This document shows, piece by piece, positions 29,403 through 38,647 of a stretch of 64,000 bases of DNA. Position numbers and translations under genes: made by a program. This stretch comes from Muribaculaceae bacterium (lineage in GTDB: Bacteria > Bacteroidota > Bacteroidia > Bacteroidales > Muribaculaceae). The stretch is from positions 27,735-91,734 of the forward strand of contig VSPM01000001.1 of assembly GCA_009775365.1 (NCBI GenBank), written 5' to 3'. How positions within the stretch are numbered: position 1 is the stretch's first letter; every line of letters begins with the position of its first letter. A model generated the notes under the pieces. It was not told the origin of the DNA and did not search any database. It was given only the letters and a program-made list of their open reading frames with translations.

Positions 29403-31139
29403 ATGAAACTGACAAATATAATTGCGGCAGCCTCCCTGATGATTGCGGCCACATCGTGTAACGATTTCATCGATGTGCCCCCAACGGGAGTTATCGACGG
29501 CGACCTTGCCTATTCGGAGCCTGATAAAATGGTGAATGCCGCCTATGCATCGCTCGGCGACTGCTGGTATAGCTATCCGTTCAACCTGTGGCCATACGGC
29601 GACCTCTCTTCCGACGACTGCCTGAAAGGTGGCGGCGGCACGACCGACACCGGCTATCATCCTATGGAGATATGGTCCACCCTGACCTCTACTCCCGGCG
29701 AGCTCGACGAACTCTGGTATCGTCTCTATTGCAACATCTCGCGCTGCAACCGTGCGCTTGTGGCTCTTGAGCAGTATGGAGTGGAGAAACTCGGAGAGAA
29801 AACAGCCGCCCAGCGTGTAGGCGAGGTGCATTTCCTGCGTGGCCACAGCTATTTCAAACTTCTCACCATGTTCCGCCAGATTCCCTGGATTGACGAGGAG
29901 GTTTTCAAAAATAACCTTCAGGAGCAGACACCCAATAACCAGTTCACTTATGAAGAACTGTTTGGTAAGGTTATTCACGAGTTTGAGCTCGCCTATGACG
30001 CCCTTCCCGAAGAGGTGACAGATGGCGGAGGACGTGCCAACAAGGTTGCCGCCGCATCATATCTTGCCAAATGCTATCTTACACTGGCCTGGGGCGACGG
30101 CTATGAGAAAACCGACGGCGTGGCTTTCATAAAGCCTGAATATATGCAGAAGGTTGTGGACTACACTGATGTTGTGGTCAACTCCAGATATGGTTATCTC
30201 GCGGATTTCGGCGACATCTTCCTTCCCGAATATAAGAACAGCGAGGAATCGATTTTCGCCGTGCAGACTTCGCAGTACACGGAAGATAACACTCGCTACG
30301 GGCGTGCAAACTGGTCGAACATGCTTAACGGCTGCTGGGGAATGTGGTCTTGCGGATGGGATTTCCACAAGCCTTCTCAGAATCTTGTGAACGCTTATAA
30401 GACCCGCGACGGCCTCCCCATGTTTGAAGACTATGACAAAGCCGACGCCTATCCCGTGAATGGCGTGGCATCTGCCCAGAAATGGGATCCGCGTTTGTTC
30501 CACACTGTCGGAATGCCTACATTCCCTTATAAGTATGAGTCGGAGTATATGATGACCACCAGCAACTCCCGCACTCCCAACACTTACGGTTTCTACACGT
30601 CGCTCAAGGATGTGCCGCAACGCAGCGGAGGCGAGACTTTCGACGGCTCTTGGCAGGCATTCGCGATGAACGACTATGTGTTCCGCTACACCGATGTGAT
30701 GCTTATGCGTGCCGAGGCTCTTGTAGAGCTTGGCCGGCTTGAGGATGCTCGCTCAATCATCAACGACATTCGCAGCCGTGCCGCTGATTCTGTGGATAAA
30801 CACATTTCTTATGCAAAAGATTTCTGCGAGATTGCACTATATTCTTCCTCCGATTTCAGCAGCAAGGATAAGGCCCGTGTGCGCCTTCAGTGGGAGCGCC
30901 GCCTTGAGATGGCTATGGAGAGCAGCCGCTATTTCGACCTCCGTCGCTGGGGCATAGCCTCCACGGTGCTCAATGCCTATTTCGAGAAAGAGAAGGATTC
31001 TTCTTACGATGGCGTGAAGTATGGCCAGTATTATGAGGATGCGCACTACACTCCCGGAAAGAACGAGTTCTATCCCATACCATACAACCAGCTCTATTAT
31101 GTGCCCGGCCTTTATGTGCAGAATCAGGGCTATAACTAA
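29403..31139 (+). CDS. susD: SusD/RagB-family nutrient-binding lipoprotein
   Basis: It lies immediately downstream of SusC and starts with the lipoprotein signal MKLTNIIAAASLMIAATSC. The SusD-like C-terminal region is present (RLEMAMESSRYFDLRRWG, IPYNQL). Confidence 0.9.
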   Translation: MKLTNIIAAASLMIAATSCNDFIDVPPTGVIDGDLAYSEPDKMVNAAYASLGDCWYSYPFNLWPYGDLSSDDCLKGGGGTTDTGYHPMEIWSTLTSTPGELDELWYRLYCNISRCNRALVALEQYGVEKLGEKTAAQRVGEVHFLRGHSYFKLLTMFRQIPWIDEEVFKNNLQEQTPNNQFTYEELFGKVIHEFELAYDALPEEVTDGGGRANKVAAASYLAKCYLTLAWGDGYEKTDGVAFIKPEYMQKVVDYTDVVVNSRYGYLADFGDIFLPEYKNSEESIFAVQTSQYTEDNTRYGRANWSNMLNGCWGMWSCGWDFHKPSQNLVNAYKTRDGLPMFEDYDKADAYPVNGVASAQKWDPRLFHTVGMPTFPYKYESEYMMTTSNSRTPNTYGFYTSLKDVPQRSGGETFDGSWQAFAMNDYVFRYTDVMLMRAEALVELGRLEDARSIINDIRSRAADSVDKHISYAKDFCEIALYSSSDFSSKDKARVRLQWERRLEMAMESSRYFDLRRWGIASTVLNAYFEKEKDSSYDGVKYGQYYEDAHYTPGKNEFYPIPYNQLYYVPGLYVQNQGYN

Positions 31140-31184
31140 TTCATAATGCGCAAAGTCATAAGAGTTTGCTTAAAAATTAAGAAA

Positions 31185-32687
31185 ATGAAAAAATACGGAT
31201 ATATGATTCTGATGGCAGCCGGAGCTCTCCTTGCCGGCTGTCAGGACAAGGATGTGGAGATTGCCGCCCCGATACTTTCTCCAATCTCTGCTGAAGAGTT
31301 GAAGGGTGAGCTTGTCGACAATGATTATGTGTGGACATGGACTCCTCGCGAGGGTAAGACCGTGCAAGTGAATGTGATTAAGGATGGACAGATATTCACC
31401 ACTGAAACTTCATCCACAGGGTCGTTCACTCATAAGAATGTAGAGACTAAGGTGGCTTACACCTATATTTTCAAACTCACCGACGGCACAAACTTTTCGT
31501 CGGGAGTGATAAAGAATTTCACTCGGCAGGGCGCTGATGCAGTGAGCGGCATTTCTCTCACGCAAGTGGAGAAGGCTGACGCCACTTATGACGCATATGT
31601 GGAATGGACTCCGTCGGCCGATGCCAGCGAATTGACATTCAATGCCGTGGCAGGGGGGAGAACGGTGAGCAAGACCCTTCCGGGGTCGGCAACATCCTAT
31701 ACGATAGAGAATGTGGTCGACGGCGAGGAATGGAATGTGACAATCATCGCCTCAAATTCCGAAGGGAAATCGCTTCCGTCTTCCGGATCGCTTAAAATTG
31801 GTAAGACTGCAATCGGCTTCTTGAGCGAGTATGCCACAGAAGATGAGCTCATAGCAAACGGCGATGACGATGAGGCATGTGCATGGCTTTGGCTTAAAGC
31901 GGAATATCCTGCGGCTCAATATGTGTATTTCGGCAATATCTCGTCGGCCGATGACTTGAATCCGTATCGTGTATTGTTCTGGATGCGCGACCTTGAAGAC
32001 CGCACGGAGGATGATGTGTTCAATATGCCGGCTGTTGTGAGCGAGGCCACTCCTTATGTGCGAGAATGGTATGCGGCCGGAGGAAACCTCTTGCTCTGGA
32101 GCCATGCGACTGCTTATGTAGGCACTCTCGGCCGTCTTGAAACTGACATGCTCCGCTCCAACGACCATGCAATCGGACTTGGCCGTGGTGGCTGGAACGG
32201 CGACACATGGATGATGGCTGTGCAGCTTCATCCCGGAAGCCGTTTCAAGAAGGATGCGTCAACTCACCCTATTTTCAAAGGTATGGACGTGACAACCACC
32301 GATCGCACCAAGCTCATAGCATTCAAGGGCGCCGGCTGGACAGAAGACCACAATTGCCTATATTTCAATATCCCGTCGGTGCTGACCGGTATTCCAAACC
32401 AGGAAGAGGCTTGTTATAATGCCATTACCGCTACCTATGGCATTATTCCGCTCGGCACATGGGATTCGCAGATTGACTGGGTGTCGCAGCTGAATGTGTG
32501 GGAGGCACAGCAAGGAAACACTGAATTTAAGGGCACAATCCTTTGCATAGGGAATGGCGGATGTGAATTCTCAATGAAGAATGCCGATGGCACTCCCGAC
32601 ATTTCAGCCTATCCGAAGAATAACCCTTATCAGGACAATGTGCTGAGGCTTGCGAAGAATTCTCTTGAATATCTCAAAACCCGCTAA
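31185..32687 (+). CDS. surface lipoprotein in the SusE/F position (putative fructan-binding protein)
   Basis: Lipoprotein signal MKKYGYMILMAAGALLAGC. Its position after SusD matches the glycan-binding-protein slot of Bacteroides PULs. The fold is not identifiable from sequence alone. Confidence 0.55.
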   Translation: MKKYGYMILMAAGALLAGCQDKDVEIAAPILSPISAEELKGELVDNDYVWTWTPREGKTVQVNVIKDGQIFTTETSSTGSFTHKNVETKVAYTYIFKLTDGTNFSSGVIKNFTRQGADAVSGISLTQVEKADATYDAYVEWTPSADASELTFNAVAGGRTVSKTLPGSATSYTIENVVDGEEWNVTIIASNSEGKSLPSSGSLKIGKTAIGFLSEYATEDELIANGDDDEACAWLWLKAEYPAAQYVYFGNISSADDLNPYRVLFWMRDLEDRTEDDVFNMPAVVSEATPYVREWYAAGGNLLLWSHATAYVGTLGRLETDMLRSNDHAIGLGRGGWNGDTWMMAVQLHPGSRFKKDASTHPIFKGMDVTTTDRTKLIAFKGAGWTEDHNCLYFNIPSVLTGIPNQEEACYNAITATYGIIPLGTWDSQIDWVSQLNVWEAQQGNTEFKGTILCIGNGGCEFSMKNADGTPDISAYPKNNPYQDNVLRLAKNSLEYLKTR

Positions 32688-32690
32688 TGA

Positions 32691-32760
32691 AAGTCTTTAA
32701 GGTCTCTAAGGTCTTTAAGGTCTTTAAAGTCCTTAAAGACCTTAGAGTCTTTAAAGACCC
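32691..32760. repeat. 9-bp tandem repeat array (about 7.7 units, consensus A[AG]GTCTTTA) containing a perfect 17-bp inverted repeat
   Basis: Units: AAGTCTTTA AGGTCTCTA AGGTCTTTA AGGTCTTTA AAGTCCTTA AAGACCTTA GAGTCTTTA AAGACCC. ctctaaggtctttaagg (32704-32720) is the exact reverse complement of 32731-32747. Confidence 0.85.
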
Positions 32761-32799
32761 TATTAGATTGTTAGAAATTTAATCTGAGTTATTAGGAAA

Positions 32800-34314
32800 A
32801 TGATAAGAAATCTCTGCATCTTAATGGCATTGGCTTCCGTTGCTTTCTCGTCGTGCGGCGATTCAAAGTTTAACGAGCAGCCGGCGCCTCCTCAGGAGGA
32901 GAATCCTGAACAGCCGGGAGGCACCGCTCCTGAAGAGTCAAGACGCAATGAGCAGTACCGCCCGCAGATTCACTATACTCCGGCAAAAAACTGGATCAAC
33001 GACCCTAACGGCATGGTTTATGCTGATGGAGTGTATCATCTTTATTATCAATATAACCCGCAGGGCAATGACTGGGGAAATATGAGCTGGGGTCATGCCG
33101 TCTCTTCCGACCTTGTTCGCTGGGAGGAGAAAAGTGTGGCTATGGTTCGCAATGAATGGGGCGATATTTTCTCCGGAAGTGCTATTGTCGACAAGGATAA
33201 CACAGCCGGTTTTGGAAAGAATGCCATTCTTGCATTCTATACGGCTTCGGGGGAGCATCAGCAGCAGTGCCTGGCTTACAGCACTGATGGCGGAATGACC
33301 TACACGCAATATGAAGGGAATCCGGTGATTGCGAACACGGAACTTGGTGACTTCCGCGACCCGAAAGTGTTCTGGCATGAGGAATCTCGGAAATGGGTGA
33401 TGGCTCTTGCTCTCGGATGGAGCTGCAAGATTGAATTCTGGGGGTCGGCCGACCTCAAAAACTGGAGCAAGCTCTCTACGTTCACAACAACTTGTCCGCG
33501 CAGCAATATAGGGCAATGGGAATGTCCGGATCTTCTCAAACTTCCGTATAAGGGGGGAGAAAAGTGGGTGCTGATTGTCAGCAACAATCCCGGCGGCCCT
33601 GTTGGCGGTTCCGGCACAGAATATTTTGTCGGGGATTTCGATGGCACGACTTTCACTGCCATGGATCTTGACTATCCTCTTTGGCTTGACTATGGGGCCG
33701 ACAATTATGCGGGAGTGACATGGAGCAATATGCCCGGTGGCCGCACTGTCATGATTGGCTGGATGAACAATTGGAACTATGCCGGAAGTGTGCCCTGCAA
33801 TCCTTGGCGTTCGGCAATGACTCTCCCCAGGGAGCTTGCGTTGAAAGAGGTGAACGGCACTCCTTTGCTGGCAACCACGGTTGTGAAGGAGATAGACGGA
33901 ATTGCAGGGGAATGGAAAGAGGCGCAAGGAGGAAAGATTGACGCGTCAGATGCCTATGAGGCAAGATTCAAGGTCAGCCTCAAAGAGTCTTCATCGTTCA
34001 GACTTGAGAATTCTGTTGGAGAATACTTGGAGGTGGCGGTTAATCCGGCAGCCGGAAAGATAGTTGCTAGGCGCACATCTTCAACCGGCGCGGTCTCTTT
34101 CAATAATCTGTTTTCTGTTCCGAGCATATCCGCACCTTTCAATATTGAGGGTGAAGAGATGGAACTTTGCATATTTGTAGACCGTTCGTCTGTTGAGATT
34201 TTCAATTTTGACGGCACTATGGCTATGACAAACATAGTGTTCCCTAAAGAGCCTTACAACATAATTTCCGGCCCTGCAGATATTTCCTACAGGGATTTGA
34301 AGTCTATCTGGTAA
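32800..34314 (+). CDS. glycoside hydrolase family 32 lipoprotein (beta-fructosidase/fructanase)
   Basis: Lipobox (AFSSC), then WINDPNG, FRDPKVFW and WECPDLL motifs, plus a beta-sandwich C-terminus. Confidence 0.9.
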   Translation: MIRNLCILMALASVAFSSCGDSKFNEQPAPPQEENPEQPGGTAPEESRRNEQYRPQIHYTPAKNWINDPNGMVYADGVYHLYYQYNPQGNDWGNMSWGHAVSSDLVRWEEKSVAMVRNEWGDIFSGSAIVDKDNTAGFGKNAILAFYTASGEHQQQCLAYSTDGGMTYTQYEGNPVIANTELGDFRDPKVFWHEESRKWVMALALGWSCKIEFWGSADLKNWSKLSTFTTTCPRSNIGQWECPDLLKLPYKGGEKWVLIVSNNPGGPVGGSGTEYFVGDFDGTTFTAMDLDYPLWLDYGADNYAGVTWSNMPGGRTVMIGWMNNWNYAGSVPCNPWRSAMTLPRELALKEVNGTPLLATTVVKEIDGIAGEWKEAQGGKIDASDAYEARFKVSLKESSSFRLENSVGEYLEVAVNPAAGKIVARRTSSTGAVSFNNLFSVPSISAPFNIEGEEMELCIFVDRSSVEIFNFDGTMAMTNIVFPKEPYNIISGPADISYRDLKSIW

Positions 34315-34385
34315 GAGGTTTTAGCTGCTATGACTTTACAGGGCAAAGTTTTTCAATGTTTCGCATAAAACATTAGATTAGAAAA

Positions 34386-34416
34386 GAAATGAGGCCGTGA
34401 TGTCGCGGCCTCATTT
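34386..34416. terminator. bidirectional hairpin between GH32 (+) and the His-rich ORF (-)
   Basis: gaaatgaggccg (34386-34397) pairs with cggcctcatttc (34405-34416), with A/T runs on both sides. Confidence 0.6.
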
Positions 34417-34419
34417 CTT

Positions 34420-34659
34420 TTAATCATCGTGGTGGTGATGTTTATGTTTTTTATGATGGTGCTTGTGTTTCTTGTGGTTGGGATTCTTTTTATGTTTGTG
34501 ATGCTTATGGTGTTTGTGGTGGTATCCATAGTCATAGTGCGACGGATGGTCGCAGAATATAGGGCTGCAAGACGGGGTTATGACGAATATGGAGCATAGC
34601 ATCATCAGAGGCAGCAGGCGCCTTAGAGTTCTTAGCGAGGCATGGAGAATATTTCTCAT
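34420..34659 (-). CDS. small secreted/lipoprotein-like peptide with an extreme His/Lys-rich C-terminal tail
   Basis: 79 aa: a basic N-terminus, a hydrophobic core (LLPLMMLCSIFVITPSC), then HHKHHKHHKHKKNPNHKKHKHHHKKHKHHHHDD. A terminator follows directly. The coding status of this low-complexity ORF is not certain. Confidence 0.5.
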   Translation of the reverse strand: MRNILHASLRTLRRLLPLMMLCSIFVITPSCSPIFCDHPSHYDYGYHHKHHKHHKHKKNPNHKKHKHHHKKHKHHHHDD

Positions 34660-34863
34660 AGAAGTGGAATTTTATGTTACTTGATATATTTAAGATGATA
34701 TTTAGGGTAAATAAGTTCAATCGGAAGAAAAAATATGCAATTTTATCTTTTTTTACGCGCATTGGCAAACCTGTTCATACCTTCGAGGCTGATTAATCCG
34801 TTTTCTGAAAAAGGAGTCTTATAAGTGAGAAAACAGGTTTGTCTTATTAAATTGTAAAGAAAC

Positions 34864-35478
34864 ATGAAACGCTTCAGATATTTATTTGTTCCGGTCGTTG
34901 CTTGCGTAATGATGCTTTCCGGTTGCGAAAAGGACACTCCTCCTGTGGATGTGTATTCAAGTCTGCAGGAAGTCAGCCGGCTTGAGCTTGCCCGCATGAC
35001 AGTCGGCAAGGTAGGTAAGATTTCCGACCCATTAGTGTCGGATGCACATGGCTTTGCCGGAAAGTTTCAGGCGGTTGTCGATGCGATGAAAATAGGCACA
35101 CGCATAGGAGTGTATTCTTACGACACCTATCTTGTGGCTTATCTTGACCTTACAAAACTTTCTCCGGAGGATGTAGAGGTAAATGAAGAGTCGCATATTG
35201 CCAAGGTTATTCTCCCTCCGGTGGAGATAGTCACCGATGGGCGCGACCCCCGATTGCATGAGGAGCATTACAGGGTGACGGGGCTGCGTTCGTCGATAAG
35301 CCCTGCGGAGCGTGCCGCTCTCAAATCGCAGATGGCTGCCGAGGTGAAAAAGGAATTGGCGTCTGACAAGGGAAACAAGGAAGCTCTCCGCAAGGAGGCT
35401 GAAATGAAGGCGAGGGCATGGTTTGCGGCATTGCTTTCCGACTGGGGTTATGAGGCTGAAATTGAATTTAAAGATTAA
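34864..35478 (+). CDS. lipoprotein, DUF4230-like
   Basis: Signal and lipobox (VACVMMLSGC). It is a paralog of the next ORF, sharing a pattern around YLDLTKLSPEDVEV / ILPPVEIV. Confidence 0.55.
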   Translation: MKRFRYLFVPVVACVMMLSGCEKDTPPVDVYSSLQEVSRLELARMTVGKVGKISDPLVSDAHGFAGKFQAVVDAMKIGTRIGVYSYDTYLVAYLDLTKLSPEDVEVNEESHIAKVILPPVEIVTDGRDPRLHEEHYRVTGLRSSISPAERAALKSQMAAEVKKELASDKGNKEALRKEAEMKARAWFAALLSDWGYEAEIEFKD

Positions 35479-35544
35479 AGCTGCGACATAAAGAGTTTTT
35501 GAAAGTCCGGTTCAGTTGGTCCGGCATTTATAAAATTGGTGATT

Positions 35545-36138
35545 ATGAAGATATTTAAAATACTGGCTGTAATAGTTGTGATCGCCGCATTAGGAGCCGG
35601 GGTTGCATATTGGCTCAAGCCGAAACAGGATGACAGGGATTATGACACACAGGCTGCGAGGGTTAAGACAATAAGCAGCATGGTGGAACTGTGCACGGCT
35701 GATATTCACGACGAGATGCCGATAAAGGATTCAATCAATGGTAAATGGATTGTGGCGCGTCAGGTGCTTGAGGGCAGAATCCGTTTTGACCTCGACGCCC
35801 TGCGCATTGAGGAAAGGGGCGACACTACTGTTGTGTATCTTCCTCCGGAACGTGTTGACGTGCTTGAAAATGCCGGGCCGGATGCCTACGAGGTGCTTGA
35901 CGCGTGGGACGGGCGCAACATGATTTTTACGCGCACGCTCACTGCTGCCGAGGAGAATGCTCTTAAAAAGAGATGGCAGCGTCAGCTGGCAGGAAAAATT
36001 TACGATAAAGGATATGTGCGCCAGGCGAGGGCTAATGCCGTGAAGACGCTTGCTCCTTTATTGTCGGCCATGCGCGGCTCCACGTCCGGGCAAGGTGCGG
36101 TGATTGTGATTGACCCGACTCCGGAGGGCGTGAGATGA
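35545..36138 (+). CDS. membrane-anchored DUF4230-like protein
   Basis: N-terminal TM helix (MKIFKILAVIVVIAALGAGVAYWL). The motif FDLDALRIEERGDTTVVYLPPERVDVL parallels the upstream paralog. Confidence 0.55.
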   Translation: MKIFKILAVIVVIAALGAGVAYWLKPKQDDRDYDTQAARVKTISSMVELCTADIHDEMPIKDSINGKWIVARQVLEGRIRFDLDALRIEERGDTTVVYLPPERVDVLENAGPDAYEVLDAWDGRNMIFTRTLTAAEENALKKRWQRQLAGKIYDKGYVRQARANAVKTLAPLLSAMRGSTSGQGAVIVIDPTPEGVR

Positions 36139-36190
36139 CCACGATATAGATCAGATACAATACTTTCAATAATTAAAACACAGTGACATT

Positions 36191-36697
36191 ATGAGATTTA
36201 AAAATGTTGCCACAGGCGTGGCCGCCGTTCTTGCGGCGTTTTCCGGTGTGTCAATATCCATGTCGCCGCTGTCGGCGATGGGTGAGAACCCTGTTTTCGA
36301 TGGCTGGTATGCCGACCCGGAGGGGGGTGATATATGACGATACATATTGGATATTCCCCACATGGAGCGATGACCTTACGGCACTTGTCCCGTTTGATGA
36401 CGGCGAAATATATCAGGAGGTTACCTATTTCCGATTCACCTTTCGGCCCTTTCAAACGAGTCGGCAAGATATTGCAACAGGATGCAGAGATCGCCACAGG
36501 GGCAGGTCATCATTCCGTTATGAATATTCCCGGCACAAATGAATATTACATTGTCTATCACCGTCGCCCTACGGGGGGAGACTGCCCGTGATTTCAGAGT
36601 CACCTGCATAGACAGGATGGAATTTGATAATGAAGGCCATATAAAGCCGGTAAAGATGACTCGAGAAGGGGTGGAGGCACGCCCGATAAGCCGTTAG
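36191..36697 (+). pseudogene. GH43-like glycosidase relic (frameshifted, most of the gene deleted)
   Basis: A signal peptide plus GENPVFDGWYADPEG is followed by a stop. DDTYWIFPTWSDD continues in another frame. AGHHSVMNIPGTNEYYIVYHRRP and CIDRMEFDNEGHIKPVKMTREGV lie in further frames. Confidence 0.65.
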
Positions 36698-37569
36698 CCG
36701 CGTGCTGATGGGCGGGAGGATGGAGGGATGTAGGAAATACTGTTAAGGAGGCGCCTGTTATAAAGGCGCCTCTTTTTGTCGCATAGCCATCCCCATTTGT
36801 TGAAATATATGATCATGTTGACGAGGTGTATGCGGAGCATACGGAAGCTTTTGCGGGATGCCGCCGCATGTTCGTGTATTATGCTGACTCCGGGCCAGTA
36901 CATCGTTCTCCAATGCTCATGAATGCGGCGTGTGATGTCGATGTCTTCGGGGTACATGAAAAAGCATTCGTCAAATACCCCGCATTGCCTCAAGGCGTCA
37001 TTGCGAAAAAGCAGAAAACTCCCTAACAGATATGGGCAGTTGATGGCAATGTCGTGATTATGCGGCGCCAGAAGATAGCGTTCCATTCGTTTTTTTGTGA
37101 GGGATGCGGGGAGAAAACGTTTGGCAAAGAGGTCGAATGGCGTTGGCAGCATACGGCAGGTGTATTGCAGGTCGCCGTCAGGATAAAATGTCTTTGGCAT
37201 AACCATGCCAACATCCGGATTCTCTTGAAGGTAATTCAACAAAGGGGTCAGCACATCCCCTTCCCAGCATACGTCTGCATTCATCACAAGATGAAAGCCG
37301 CACGGATTTTCATTATGTTTCGCGTTGTCTGCATCTGATGCCGGCTCAATAACCTCTCGGAGGGCAATATTGTGCCCGGCTCCGAATCCGTTGTTTTCAA
37401 CGTGCCGATAGTCTATTTTAGGCGAAAACAAGGCTATGGCCGACAATGATTCGCCGGGACTGTTGTCTATTATGTAAATTTTGTCTACATGGCTGTTCAA
37501 AAGGCAATTTATGGCCTTTTGAAGCTGGCCGGCAGGCGTTTTATGAACTACGATTGAGGCGGTGAGCAT
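36694..37569 (-). CDS. glycosyltransferase family 2
   Basis: The N-terminal ASIVVHKT, IYIIDNSP and GFGAGHN strings are typical of GT2 rhamnosyltransferase-like enzymes. Confidence 0.85.
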   Translation of the reverse strand: MLTASIVVHKTPAGQLQKAINCLLNSHVDKIYIIDNSPGESLSAIALFSPKIDYRHVENNGFGAGHNIALREVIEPASDADNAKHNENPCGFHLVMNADVCWEGDVLTPLLNYLQENPDVGMVMPKTFYPDGDLQYTCRMLPTPFDLFAKRFLPASLTKKRMERYLLAPHNHDIAINCPYLLGSFLLFRNDALRQCGVFDECFFMYPEDIDITRRIHEHWRTMYWPGVSIIHEHAAASRKSFRMLRIHLVNMIIYFNKWGWLCDKKRRLYNRRLLNSISYIPPSSRPSARG

Positions 37570-37662
37570 AAAAAATTAACGGCGCCGGCATTTAGCCGAC
37601 GCCGCAGTGTATGAGGTTTGGTATAGTAGCAGGCATATTGCCTGCAAGGTTAGGGAATTATC

Positions 37663-38421
37663 TTAACGGATAAACTCTTTTGAAACCTTGTTGCCTTTCT
37701 TTACGATGTAAAGACCCTTTTCAGGATTGGCAACGCGCACACCCTGGATGGTGTAGTATTCGGGAGCGGCGTCATTGTCAGCATCGATGCTGTCAACACC
37801 TGACCAATCTTTCTTGAAGGCTAAAATCACTGTGAATTCGCTATCGGGAATTTCTTCATAATCTGTGATAACGCCATTTCCATTATAGTCGGAGATAATA
37901 ACAGGTTTTACAGAAACTGTGTATTTTGACTCAGTGTCGGGGTTAACAGTCGAGAGGTGGAACTGCCACTGGAACTCTTTGTCGCCCATAGTCTCCTGGT
38001 CTGCAAGAGCAGCGGTGAAAGGAAGACTCACACAGTTGTCGCTGAATGAACCGTCTGCGAGATTCAGGTTTTTTGCATAGCATAGAGCAACAGTGCCCCA
38101 TTTCTGATACCATTCAGTTGTGGTGTAGTCTACCGGTGGCTGGTTTTTGTATTCCTCTTCAGTAGGCATGTCGAGGAATCCTTGAGTAGTGTAAAGGCCG
38201 ATGGCGTCTTCTGTCTGGTTTACAAAAGTTATGTTAGCCTCATATGTGTAGCCCATGTTGTAGCCAGAGTTGTCAGTGTTGTCGCTGTAGTGGTCGCATA
38301 GGATTGTGCCGCCGTTCTTGACTTCTTCACCATTGTAATACACCTTGAAATACTCAGCATAGTCTGCCTGAGCCGCAAAAGCACCAAGAATGAATGCTGT
38401 TGAGAGTAAAAATTTCTTCAT
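37663..38421 (-). CDS. secreted hypothetical protein with a T9SS C-terminal sorting domain
   Basis: Signal peptide MKKFLLSTAFILGAFAAQA. The C-terminal YYTIQGVRVANPEKGLYIVKKGNKV resembles type A T9SS tails. Confidence 0.6.
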   Translation of the reverse strand: MKKFLLSTAFILGAFAAQADYAEYFKVYYNGEEVKNGGTILCDHYSDNTDNSGYNMGYTYEANITFVNQTEDAIGLYTTQGFLDMPTEEEYKNQPPVDYTTTEWYQKWGTVALCYAKNLNLADGSFSDNCVSLPFTAALADQETMGDKEFQWQFHLSTVNPDTESKYTVSVKPVIISDYNGNGVITDYEEIPDSEFTVILAFKKDWSGVDSIDADNDAAPEYYTIQGVRVANPEKGLYIVKKGNKVSKEFIR

Positions 38422-38647
38422 AATATATTATTTGTTTGGTTTTGACATTTTGTGATTGAAAGAGTCGCAATGCGCTCAATTCAAGCGCAAATATAGTCAA
38501 AATTTATGGGTGTGGCAAAGTGTAAATGTAAAAAAAATATAAAACCCTTAATTTTTTGAAATCAGGTGAGGGTTTAAAATAAAAAGGATGCACCATGACG
38601 GCGCATCCTTTTTTAGTGGCTGCAATGACGCTGCCCTTGCGCAGGGA

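Noticed and set aside
32691-32760. Possible CRISPR array or coding K/L/V-rich peptide repeat
   Set aside because: The units are only 9 bp with no spacers, and the array is intergenic between a stop (32687) and the next start (32800). There are no cas genes in the window. I treat it as a non-coding tandem/inverted repeat.
32938-33927. 329-aa antisense ORF inside the GH32 gene. Similar long antisense ORFs occur at 25134-25835, 29253-29978, 30057-30620, 9717-10571 and 5556-6098
   Set aside because: All lie opposite well-supported genes and lack starts with sensible context or recognisable motifs. I consider them shadow ORFs.
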